Source: Pseudomonadota bacterium (GTDB taxonomy: Bacteria; Myxococcota; JACRCW01; JAFGSX01). From it: DNA of 64,000 nucleotides. Position numbers and translations under genes: made by a program. The stretch covers positions 87,560 to 151,559 of the forward strand of contig JBDRCO010000046.1 of the NCBI GenBank assembly GCA_043821645.1. The letters are read 5' to 3'. Below the pieces are notes generated by a model, which did not search any database, had not been told where the DNA came from, and was given only the letters and a program-made list of their open reading frames with translations. Of the stretch, positions 10,007 to 18,791 are shown in pieces; within the stretch, counting starts at the first letter, position 1, and every line of letters begins with the position of its first letter.

Positions 10007-11548
10007 CTAGGAGGAGATCGTCACGCTGCGCTCACCCCTGTGCAGCTTGTCCTTGACCAGGTCCACGGCGCGATCCACCGGGATGCGCTCCTGCTTCATG
10101 TCGTCGCGGTAGCGCACCGTGATGGTGCCGTCCTCCTTGGTCTGCCCGTCGATCGTCAGGCAATAGGGGGTGCCGGCCTCGTCGTGGCGACGGTAGCGGC
10201 GACCGATGGCATGTTGCTCGTCGAAGCGGGTATGGATGCCTTCGCCCAGGAACTTCTTCACGATGCCGTGGGCGATCTCGGGCAGACCATCCTTCTTGAC
10301 CAGGGGAAGGATGGCCGCCTTGTATGGTGCCAGGCGCGGGTGCAGGCGCAGCACCACGCGGGTGGCATCCTCGCCCTTGGCGTCAGGCACGGCTTCCTCG
10401 GTGTAGGCGTCGAGCAGCAGCATCAGCAGGGTGCGGGTGGCACCGGCCGCGGGTTCGATGACGTACGGCGTGAAGCGCAGGCCGGGCTTTCCGGTCTCGG
10501 GGTTGAGCTTCTGGGGGTCAAAGAAGCTGAGCTTCTTGCCCGAGTGGGTCGAGTGCTTCTGCAGGTCGTAGTCGGTGCGGCTGGCGATGCCCTCGAGCTC
10601 ATCCCAGCCCCAGGGGTACTCCCATTCGATGTCGTAGCAGGCGTCGGCGTAGTGGGCGAGCTCGCTGGTTTCGTGGGCACGTGCGCGCAGTTTGTCCGGG
10701 CTGTTGACGTAGCGGCGATACCAGGCCAGGCGCTCGTCCTTCCAGGTCTCGAGCCACTCCTTGTGCGTGCCCGGCTCGACGAAGAACTCCATCTCCATCT
10801 GCTCGAACTCGCAGGAGCGAAAGATGAAGTGCTCGACGGTGATCTCGTTGCGGAAGCTCTTGCCCATCTGGGCGATGCCGAAGGGTACCTTGAGGCCCAT
10901 GGTCTCCTGCACGTTCTGGAACTGCACGAACATGGCCTGGGCGGTCTCGGGGCGCAGGTAGACCGCGCTCTCACCGATGATCTTCTCCAGTGCCTCGCGC
11001 AGCGCCGGACCCTCGAGGTCGCGGTGCTGCTCGACGTAGCGCGCCATGTCGCCCACGGGATCCACCGGACCGAGGCTGGAGCGAAACATGAGGTTGAAGT
11101 GGCGCTCGTCGCTGAGGTCCGGGCTGCCGCAGACCGGGCACACGTAGCCGCGGTTGGCCACGCCCTTGAGCTTCTTGCCGCTCTTCTTGCCGCCCTCGCT
11201 GTATTCGACCTCGGTGCCTGTCGCCACCACCGGGGCCTTGTCAGCCCGAAAGCGCTCCTTGCAGTTCTTGCAGTCGACCAGGGGATCGCTGAACCCGGCG
11301 AGGTGTCCCGAGGCCTCCCACACCCGCGTATGCATGATGATGGCGGCGTCGAGCCCGACCACGTCGTCGCGCTCGTACACCATGGCGCGCCACCACTCGT
11401 TCATCAGGTTGCGCTTGAGCTCGATACCCAGAGGGCCGTAGTCGTAGGCGCTCTTGAGACCGCCGTAGATCTCGGAAGACTGGAACACGAAGCCCCGGCG
11501 CTTGCACAGGCTGACGATCTTCTGCATCAGGTCGAGATTTTCTGCCAT
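10007..11548 (-). CDS. glyS: Glycine--tRNA ligase, alpha2 (GlyQS) type
   Basis: CKRRGFVFQSSEIYGG, YLRPETAQ, GKSFRNEI, EFEQME, ELEGIASR, IGRRYRRHDEAGTP anticodon-binding domain. Confidence 0.97.
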   Translation of the reverse strand: MAENLDLMQKIVSLCKRRGFVFQSSEIYGGLKSAYDYGPLGIELKRNLMNEWWRAMVYERDDVVGLDAAIIMHTRVWEASGHLAGFSDPLVDCKNCKERFRADKAPVVATGTEVEYSEGGKKSGKKLKGVANRGYVCPVCGSPDLSDERHFNLMFRSSLGPVDPVGDMARYVEQHRDLEGPALREALEKIIGESAVYLRPETAQAMFVQFQNVQETMGLKVPFGIAQMGKSFRNEITVEHFIFRSCEFEQMEMEFFVEPGTHKEWLETWKDERLAWYRRYVNSPDKLRARAHETSELAHYADACYDIEWEYPWGWDELEGIASRTDYDLQKHSTHSGKKLSFFDPQKLNPETGKPGLRFTPYVIEPAAGATRTLLMLLLDAYTEEAVPDAKGEDATRVVLRLHPRLAPYKAAILPLVKKDGLPEIAHGIVKKFLGEGIHTRFDEQHAIGRRYRRHDEAGTPYCLTIDGQTKEDGTITVRYRDDMKQERIPVDRAVDLVKDKLHRGERSVTISS

Positions 11549-11757
11549 GGGGGCGCTCCGTGTCGTCGCGATGTCCAGCTGCGACGAAGCCGGCATCCAA
11601 GTCGAGCAGGCAGGGGATGGCAAGGGCAAAGCGTTCCGGGCAGGCATCGCGATCAGGTCGCGCATCACCGTTGAGCCCACGCCGCACCTGCTGCTAGCAT
11701 CCCCCGGCCCTGGCACCCCTGCAGGTTCGACGTCAGCGTGCCAGGAGGGGGCTGATC

Positions 11758-13239
11758 GTGATCCACGTTGCCCTGATCGGCTGCGGGCGCATCGCAGACC
11801 TGCACGCGCTGGGTTACCGCGACAACGCGCGCGCGCGCATCCACAGTGTGTGCGATCTGGACCCGGCTGTTGCCGAGCGCCGCAGGCAGGAGTGGGGTGC
11901 CGACAAGGTCGCACGCTTCGAGGCCATCCTGGCAGACCCCGAGATCCACGCGGTGGAGATCCTGACCCCGCATGACCAGCACGAGCGCCAGGTCGTGCAG
12001 GCGCTGCAGGCGGGCAAGCACGTGGCGCTGCAGAAGCCCATGACCACGGATCTCGCCAGCGCCGACCGCATGCTGCAGGCGGCGGCCGCGCGGCCCGATC
12101 GCGTGTTCAAGGTCACCGACAACTACCTGACCTATCCGCCGCTGGTGCTGGCCAAGAAGCTCCTCGACGAGGGCGCCATCGGTGATCCCCTGAGCCTGCA
12201 TCTCAAGTACATCGGTGGGTCTTCGGGGGGCTGGCCCATCGAGGCCACCTCCTGGGACTGGCGCATCCGCGAGGCCGTGGCCGGCCGCCCCTTCGTGACC
12301 TTCGATCATGGCCACCACATGCTCGCCGTGGCCTGGCACCTGTTCGGTGAGGTCGAGCGGGTTGTGGCCTGGATAGATAGCCTTGATGGCGTGGTGGACT
12401 CGCCCGCCGTGATCATGTGGAAGCACCAGGGGGCCAAGCGCTACGGCGTGCTCGATGCGGTGCATGCCCCGGACATGCACGTGCCGTCGAAGTACTACGC
12501 CAACGACGAGTGGTTCGAGATCGCAGGCTCCCGGGGGCTGCTGCTGCTGCGGCGCTGCACCGGCAATGTGCTCGACGGGCCTCCTGTGTCCCTCTTCGAC
12601 GGTCAGGGCTGGAAGCACTTTGACGACGTCGACTCAGACTGGGCTGCGGGTTTTGTCGGCGCCACCCACAACTTCCTCGATGCCATCGAGGGCAAGGCGC
12701 CCCCCCTGCTCACCGGCGCCCAGGGCCGCGAGGTGCTGCGCTTCAGTCTCGCCCTGCAGCGCTCGGCCGCGGTGCGGCGCGAGGTCTACCTCGACGAGAT
12801 GGATGGAACGATCGGGCGCCTGGGGGCCTGGCAGAGACGGCGCCGTGAGCAGCGACCGGCCCAGGGTTCCCGCTTCTCACTGCGTGGGGGTGGTCGCACC
12901 ACGCGCTACGCGCCTCTGGCCCGATCGCTCACCGACGAGCTGGTGCGCAGCGTCGATGCCGCCACGGCGAGGCAGATAGATTTCGATGTGGGCGTGCGGC
13001 TCACCACCGACGGTGGCGTCGAGGACACGATGGGCTTCTTCTTCTCGGACGGACGCGTGCGCTGCGAACGCGGCAGCTTGCCCGAGCACGCCGGGGTGAC
13101 CTTGACCCTGCCTGCGGGCCTGTGGGCGGCCATCCTGATGCGCAAGGCCAGGGTCGAGACGGCCCTGTTGCGTGGGCAGATCCGTTTCGATGGCAAGCCC
13201 GAGCTGGCGCTCAAGCTGCGCAAGGTGTTCCAGCTGTGA
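11758..13239 (+). CDS. Gfo/Idh/MocA oxidoreductase with C-terminal SCP2 (sterol/lipid-binding)-like domain
   Basis: IGCGRIA Rossmann motif, AGKHVALQKP, DHGHH. C-terminal VTLTL...TALLRGQIRFDGKPELALKLRKVF is SCP2-like. Confidence 0.85.
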   Translation: MIHVALIGCGRIADLHALGYRDNARARIHSVCDLDPAVAERRRQEWGADKVARFEAILADPEIHAVEILTPHDQHERQVVQALQAGKHVALQKPMTTDLASADRMLQAAAARPDRVFKVTDNYLTYPPLVLAKKLLDEGAIGDPLSLHLKYIGGSSGGWPIEATSWDWRIREAVAGRPFVTFDHGHHMLAVAWHLFGEVERVVAWIDSLDGVVDSPAVIMWKHQGAKRYGVLDAVHAPDMHVPSKYYANDEWFEIAGSRGLLLLRRCTGNVLDGPPVSLFDGQGWKHFDDVDSDWAAGFVGATHNFLDAIEGKAPPLLTGAQGREVLRFSLALQRSAAVRREVYLDEMDGTIGRLGAWQRRRREQRPAQGSRFSLRGGGRTTRYAPLARSLTDELVRSVDAATARQIDFDVGVRLTTDGGVEDTMGFFFSDGRVRCERGSLPEHAGVTLTLPAGLWAAILMRKARVETALLRGQIRFDGKPELALKLRKVFQL

Positions 13240-13286
13240 CCGAGGGTGGAATTGCCAGAGCGGGGGCGCGTTCCCAGGGAGCAGAC

Positions 13287-15305
13287 ATGCAGGTGCCTCG
13301 ACTCATTGGCATCGATCGACTGCTGCCTGGCGAGGCGCTGGTCAATGCCGACCAGGCGCTGCGATCGCGTGTGCTTGCGGTCTCCATCCTGCTGCTCACG
13401 GCGCTGAGTGCGGCCTTTGGATATCTCATCGGCTCCCTCCAGGTCCCCTTCAACTGGAGCGATCCGGCCACGCTGGTGCTCTTCGTCTGCACCGGTATCG
13501 GCCTGTTCACCAGTGTCTATTTTCGCATTTTCTTCCACTACAGGCTGGTCTCGCTGTCGGTACCCGTGATCACGCTCACGGCCATCTTCGCCATGCTCTC
13601 GCAGTTCGGCCTGGAGCATCAGTCCTTGTGGTTCCTCACCGTGGTCCCCCTGATCTCGACCATCCTGGTGGGGCCGCGCCTGGCTTCGCTGTTCACGACC
13701 GTGGCCGTGACGGGCATCCTGTACTTCTGGTGGAACTGGCAAGACTACCTGCTCGCGGGCAATTCCTATTCCAACCCGAGCTGGCACTTTGGCTTTCATG
13801 CCGGCGCCTGCATCACGTCCATCGTCGTCATTCACGTGATCTCGCACCTCTTCGAGTGGCAGCGACAGCAGGCCGTGGCGCAGGCCACGCACAGCATGGC
13901 CGAGTTCGTCCGCGCCAACGCGGAGCTGAGCGAGGCTCTGACTCAGGTCGAGCTCGCCAAGCGCAGCACCGAGCAGGATTCGGTCCATAAGAGCGAGTTC
14001 ATCCGCAAGATGACCGGTGCGGCCGCCTCCCAGGGGGTGGCCCTGCGCTCGACCCGGGCAGCCATGGCGCAGATGAATGAACTCAGTCGCACCATCGACC
14101 AGAGCGCCGGGATCATGGCCCGCTCGGCCGAGGACAGCAGCACCGCCGCGGATCAGATCGCGGCCACCACCCAGGGCGTGATGCGACAGATCGAGTCCGT
14201 GGTGACCACGGTGGACCAGACCGCGGCCTCCACCGACGAGATGGTCGAGGTCATCGGGCACGTGGCTGCCAACGTCGAGGCTCTGCGCACCGACGTGGAT
14301 CAGACCTCGGCGGCCATGCAGCAGATGGAGACCTCCATCGCCCATGTGGAGCAGAACGCCAGCCGCACCGCGACCCTGGCGGACGACGTGATTGCCCACG
14401 CTGCCCGGGGCTCCTCCTCGCTACAGAAGACCCTGAAAGGCGTCGAGGCCATCCGCAACAGCTCGGCGCAGGCCTCCGAGGTGATCCGGCGCCTGGTCGA
14501 CGAGATTGGTTCGATTGGTCGCATCCTCACGGTCATCGAGGACGTCGCCGACCAGACCAAGCTCCTCGCGCTCAACGCCTCCATCATCGCCGCCCAGGCC
14601 GGAACCGAGGGGCGAGGCTTCGCGGTGGTGGCCGAGGAGATCAAAAATCTGGCAGCGCGCAGCGCGGACTCGACCAAGGAGATCGGGGCTCTCGTGACCT
14701 CGGTGCAGCAGCGCGGCCGCGAGGTGATCCGGGCCATTGACGACGGAGACGCAGCGGTGCACGCCGGGCACCGCCAGACCCAGGAGACCGAGCAGGTGTT
14801 TGCCGAGATCGTCACGGCCTCGGCGAGCTCCAACCAGATGGTGCAGGCCATCGCCCGCTCTGCCTCGGAGCAGGCGCGCGCCACCGCCTCGGTCGCCCTG
14901 GCCATGGAGCGCATCGCGACCGCAGCGAACCAGGTCGCGGGCTCCACGCGGGAGCAGAAGCGCGGTGCCCAGCAGCTCCGCGAGGCCACCCAGCACCTGC
15001 GCCTGGTCGCCGAGCACGTCGAGCGCTCGTCCAGGGAGCAGGCGGAGGGCATCCAGCACATCCTCGATGCCCTGCGCCGTATCACCGAGCTGGTGCAGCG
15101 CGTTCACGAGGCGCAGACAGATCAGACCTCGCGCAGCGCCCAGGTCCTCGATGCGGTCGAGGAGGCCCTGGCCTCGCAGCTGGAGCAGGTGGAATCGCTG
15201 GAGCTGTTCGGTGGATCGCTCGCTGCGCGCGTTCCGGAACCCCGCCCCGTCCCCGGTGCGGCTCCGGCCAGGTCCCCGCCGGGGCGCTCGCCGTCGCCAG
15301 GCTGA
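13287..15305 (+). CDS. Methyl-accepting chemotaxis protein with multi-TM sensor
   Basis: About 6 hydrophobic segments followed by MA hairpin motif ADQTKLLALNASIIAAQAGTEGRGFAVVAEEIKNLA. RBS GGAG before ATG 13287. Confidence 0.92.
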   Translation: MQVPRLIGIDRLLPGEALVNADQALRSRVLAVSILLLTALSAAFGYLIGSLQVPFNWSDPATLVLFVCTGIGLFTSVYFRIFFHYRLVSLSVPVITLTAIFAMLSQFGLEHQSLWFLTVVPLISTILVGPRLASLFTTVAVTGILYFWWNWQDYLLAGNSYSNPSWHFGFHAGACITSIVVIHVISHLFEWQRQQAVAQATHSMAEFVRANAELSEALTQVELAKRSTEQDSVHKSEFIRKMTGAAASQGVALRSTRAAMAQMNELSRTIDQSAGIMARSAEDSSTAADQIAATTQGVMRQIESVVTTVDQTAASTDEMVEVIGHVAANVEALRTDVDQTSAAMQQMETSIAHVEQNASRTATLADDVIAHAARGSSSLQKTLKGVEAIRNSSAQASEVIRRLVDEIGSIGRILTVIEDVADQTKLLALNASIIAAQAGTEGRGFAVVAEEIKNLAARSADSTKEIGALVTSVQQRGREVIRAIDDGDAAVHAGHRQTQETEQVFAEIVTASASSNQMVQAIARSASEQARATASVALAMERIATAANQVAGSTREQKRGAQQLREATQHLRLVAEHVERSSREQAEGIQHILDALRRITELVQRVHEAQTDQTSRSAQVLDAVEEALASQLEQVESLELFGGSLAARVPEPRPVPGAAPARSPPGRSPSPG

Positions 15306-15315
15306 CCACAGCGCC

Positions 15316-16563
15316 TCAACGCCAGCGCAGCCCCATGCGCAACATGCGCAGACCCAGGCGCGCCAGCATGGAGACCGTGAGCAGGTCGCGCTTGGGGCGC
15401 AAGCCGGCAAAGACCTCGCCCAGGCGCACGGCAAAATCGCGCTCGTCGCGACCCATGGCCACGACGGCGTCGCTCACCCGCGAGTGGTTCATCAGCAGGT
15501 CGAGGGCGCGATCGGCCATGCGGAACTCGTCCTGAAACTCCGAGCGCCAGCGCCGCTCGTAGCTCGCCAGTCCCACCGCGCTCAGATCCCCATGGTGCAG
15601 CGCCTCGATCGCGGTCTGAGCCGCCAGCTCCCCCGAGCGCAGGGCGAAGTGGATGCCCTCACCCGTCAGAGGGTCGATGAAGCCGTTGGCGTCACCCACC
15701 AGCAGGGCGCCACTGGCCACGCCGCTTCCCGCTCCGGTGCCCAGTCGCAGCGGCCAGCCCTGGAGCCTACCCTCGGGTTCACCGCCGGCGAGCAGGCGTC
15801 GAACCAGCGGCGAGTCCTCGATGAAGCTGTTGAAGAGCTGCGGCAGGGGCGGCGCGTCAGCAGCAGTGTAGCGATCGAAGCGTCCGACTCCCACGTTGGC
15901 GCGACCCTCCGGGAGCGGGAACACCCAGAAATAGGCCGGCATGAAGCGCTCGTCGTACACGAAGTGGACGTCGCTCTCGACGGCGCGCAGACCACGGTAG
16001 TAGGTACGCAGGGCAAAGGCCCGATGCCGTGGATCGCGGTCCAGCTGTCCAAGAGCGCGCGCCACCTGCGAGTGCACGCCGTCGGCACCGATCACCAGCC
16101 GGCCGTCCAGGGTGGCGCCGTCGTCGAGCGTGACGCCGCAGACCTGCCCCTGTTCCTGCAGCAGTCCCTTGACCCGGCAGTTCTCCCGCAGCTCGGCTCC
16201 TGCAGCCTGGGCCGCGCGGACACACGCTTCGTCGAGCAGCACCCGCGGGGCAATGAGCAGAGGCTCGGGGCGCAGGGTCGATTCGTACACGATGCGACGA
16301 TGGTGGAATTGCTCGCCGCCCGGGCTCTGCAACCCGTAGCCCGTGGCCAGGCCGGCCCCGGCCTCGACCAGGCGATCGTACACCCCCATGGTTCGGAGCA
16401 CGTCCACCCCGCCTGCTCCGACACCGTCCCCACAGGTTTTATCGCGGGGAAACCGCGCGCGATCGAGCAGCACGGTGCGCAACCCGGCGCGGGCGCAGTA
16501 GAACGCGGCGGCACTCCCCCCGGGGCCGGCACCCACCACGATCACGTCCCACGACCTGCTCAC
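15316..16563 (-). CDS. Geranylgeranyl reductase family FAD-dependent oxidoreductase
   Basis: VGAGPGG, FPRDKTCGDG, GADG, GDANGFIDPLTGEGIHFAL. Confidence 0.9.
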   Translation of the reverse strand: MSRSWDVIVVGAGPGGSAAAFYCARAGLRTVLLDRARFPRDKTCGDGVGAGGVDVLRTMGVYDRLVEAGAGLATGYGLQSPGGEQFHHRRIVYESTLRPEPLLIAPRVLLDEACVRAAQAAGAELRENCRVKGLLQEQGQVCGVTLDDGATLDGRLVIGADGVHSQVARALGQLDRDPRHRAFALRTYYRGLRAVESDVHFVYDERFMPAYFWVFPLPEGRANVGVGRFDRYTAADAPPLPQLFNSFIEDSPLVRRLLAGGEPEGRLQGWPLRLGTGAGSGVASGALLVGDANGFIDPLTGEGIHFALRSGELAAQTAIEALHHGDLSAVGLASYERRWRSEFQDEFRMADRALDLLMNHSRVSDAVVAMGRDERDFAVRLGEVFAGLRPKRDLLTVSMLARLGLRMLRMGLRWR

Positions 16564-16649
16564 GTCTCACGCCCTCCAACCCGCACCCAGGCTGTGCTGG
16601 CACTTGTGGCGTCGCACGGTATACAATTCTGCCGACAGGGGGCAACTGG

Positions 16650-17039
16650 ATGGCGCAGGATTCCGCAACCATTCTCGTCGTCGACGACGATGACGAGATC
16701 CGGCGCGTGTTGCAGATCGTGCTGCAGAAGTCCGGTCATGTCGTGGTGCAGGCCGCGAACGGCGAGGAGGCTCTCGCACGCATGGTGGAGCACGTACCGG
16801 ACCTGGTCCTGCTCGACATCATGCTGCCCCGACTCGACGGCCTCGAGGTGATCCGGCGCATGCGCGAGCAGGCCGCCCTGCGGAGCATTCCGGTCATCGC
16901 CTTCACTGCCCTGACCAGCCAGCTCATCGAGAAGGAGCTGTTCGAACTCGGGGTCAAAGGTTTCATGCGCAAGCCGCTGCGCCTGGCCGACCTCAAGGCC
17001 ATGATAGCCAACGAGCTGTCGACGAACGCTACTGCCTGA
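16650..17039 (+). CDS. Single-domain response regulator (receiver)
   Basis: ILVVDDD, LLDIMLPRLDG, FTA, KP; 129 aa. Confidence 0.95.
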   Translation: MAQDSATILVVDDDDEIRRVLQIVLQKSGHVVVQAANGEEALARMVEHVPDLVLLDIMLPRLDGLEVIRRMREQAALRSIPVIAFTALTSQLIEKELFELGVKGFMRKPLRLADLKAMIANELSTNATA

Positions 17040-18018
17040 GCGGCTGTTGCTGGGCCACCTGGGCCTCCCGCACCAGGCGCCGCCCGCGCCGGAACTGATC
17101 GATACGCACCTCGATCTCACCATAGGCGGTGGGGGACACCAGGCGCACCGGGAGTCTGTCCTCGTCGTCGGTGAGCCACACGGTGAATTGTCGGGCATAG
17201 CGAGGCTCGCCCTCGCGCACGGCCTCCCCGCGCACCGGCATCGCGCGGTAGGGTCCTGCAGGCGTACTCACACTCTCTGCCTCGCCAACCTGCCCGCGCA
17301 CCACCCACAGCCTCTTGCCATAGTAGATCTCGGTGCAGTAGCTGGCCCCTGGCTGCACCTGTCGGCTGCGCGCGAAGTACACGATGGAGACCACATCCTG
17401 GACGGCCTGGCCTCCCTGCGCCTCGCCTTTCCAGTCCCTGCGTTGCTGCGACGAGCTGGTCCCCTCCATGCGCAGCGAGGCCATCGCCCTGTGCTGCCCG
17501 GGATCGAAGCGCACTTCTTCCTGGCGGGTCAGGGTCTCGGCCCGGGCGTGGCTCTGCATCAGCAGCGGGAACACGCCGTCGGGGGTGACCAGCGAGGTCT
17601 GCTGCGACTCCATCTTGGACATCTTGGTGAAGAAGGAGTTGGTCGAGGCTTGGCCGTAGGCCGGATACACGACATGAGATCCATGGCTGGAGCGCTCGCC
17701 CAGAGTCAGGCTGGCGCGCCCCACGTAGACGCCGGACAGCGAGATCACGAAGCCCAGCTCCTCGCCCGGGCCAAAGGGCAGCCGTGCGTCGAGCTGGGGG
17801 ATCAGAACCTCGCAGCGCTGGAGGCCCGGAGCGGGCCGTCTCGGGGAGGGGCGCGCCGAGGGTGCGGCAGGACGCGGCGACTGCACGACCTGGCGGCGCT
17901 GCACCGTGTCACGCTTGCGAGGCGAGATCTCCGGGGCCGGGGCGCGTTCCGGTGCCGAGCTCGGGCCGGCGGCTCCTAGAAGCACGAACAGGCCGGGAAC
18001 AAGAAGTCGGCTCGTCAT
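17029..18018 (-). CDS. DUF3108-like exported protein
   Basis: Signal peptide, PFGPGEELGF, VSTPAGPY, VWLTDDEDRLPVRL. Confidence 0.8.
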   Translation of the reverse strand: MTSRLLVPGLFVLLGAAGPSSAPERAPAPEISPRKRDTVQRRQVVQSPRPAAPSARPSPRRPAPGLQRCEVLIPQLDARLPFGPGEELGFVISLSGVYVGRASLTLGERSSHGSHVVYPAYGQASTNSFFTKMSKMESQQTSLVTPDGVFPLLMQSHARAETLTRQEEVRFDPGQHRAMASLRMEGTSSSQQRRDWKGEAQGGQAVQDVVSIVYFARSRQVQPGASYCTEIYYGKRLWVVRGQVGEAESVSTPAGPYRAMPVRGEAVREGEPRYARQFTVWLTDDEDRLPVRLVSPTAYGEIEVRIDQFRRGRRLVREAQVAQQQPLRQ

Positions 18019-18089
18019 GCAACTCCGACGCGCGAGTTCCTTCGCGCATTCAGTGGCCCTGATCACAGGCTAACCTGTATCCTCTGCCC

Positions 18090-18791
18090 GTGCATCGTTT
18101 GAGCCGAGAAGCCCGCAGGATCCTCCTGCTGGGTCTGTGTGCAGGAAGCCTCGCCGCGGCACAGGTCTCTCCCTACCGCTTCCAGGAACTGTTTCGTGCC
18201 AACGAGGCTGCCGTGTTGCGCTTGCGCAGCGAGTTGCCGGGCGGCTCCATCTACACCACGGCTTTCCTGGTGCGCCACGACGGGACCATGATTACCAGCG
18301 ACAGGGCTGTGCGCGGCGCGCGCGCGATTCACGTCGTGGATCCCTCGGGTGGAACCCTGCCATGCGAGGTGCTACGCCATGACCCGGAGCTGGGGGTGGC
18401 GATCCTGCGGGCTCCCAGTGCGGGCTTGCTTCCCATCGTGCAGCTGGGGCCCGCCACGCGCCTGCGCAAGGGCGACTGGGTGGTGGGGATCGGGCACGAT
18501 GAGCACGGTCAGGTGAGCGCTCGCGCGGGCTGCGTGTCGCGCGTGTTCACACCCCGGGGAGCCGGGCAGGCACGCCACTTCGTCATCGACGCTGCGACCA
18601 CGGAAGGTGGTGCCGTGCTCGACCTGCAAGGCCGGGTCGTGGCGCTGGTGCTGCGTCCTCGTGGTGCGCGCCGGGCCGAGGCCCTCGCCATCGACGTGCT
18701 GCTGCCAGTTCTGGCCCTGACCCCCGCCTTTGTCCCGCTGAACCCGGAGTCGCCATCCTCGACGACCGAGGCTCGCCCTCTCAAGGAGTGA
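18090..18791 (+). CDS. Trypsin-like (S1C/HtrA-type) fold protein, catalytic triad apparently lost
   Basis: DGTMITSDRAV, DPELGVAIL, GDWVVGIG, IDAATTEGGAVLDLQGRVV. No His or GNSGG serine. Confidence 0.7.
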   Translation: MHRLSREARRILLLGLCAGSLAAAQVSPYRFQELFRANEAAVLRLRSELPGGSIYTTAFLVRHDGTMITSDRAVRGARAIHVVDPSGGTLPCEVLRHDPELGVAILRAPSAGLLPIVQLGPATRLRKGDWVVGIGHDEHGQVSARAGCVSRVFTPRGAGQARHFVIDAATTEGGAVLDLQGRVVALVLRPRGARRAEALAIDVLLPVLALTPAFVPLNPESPSSTTEARPLKE

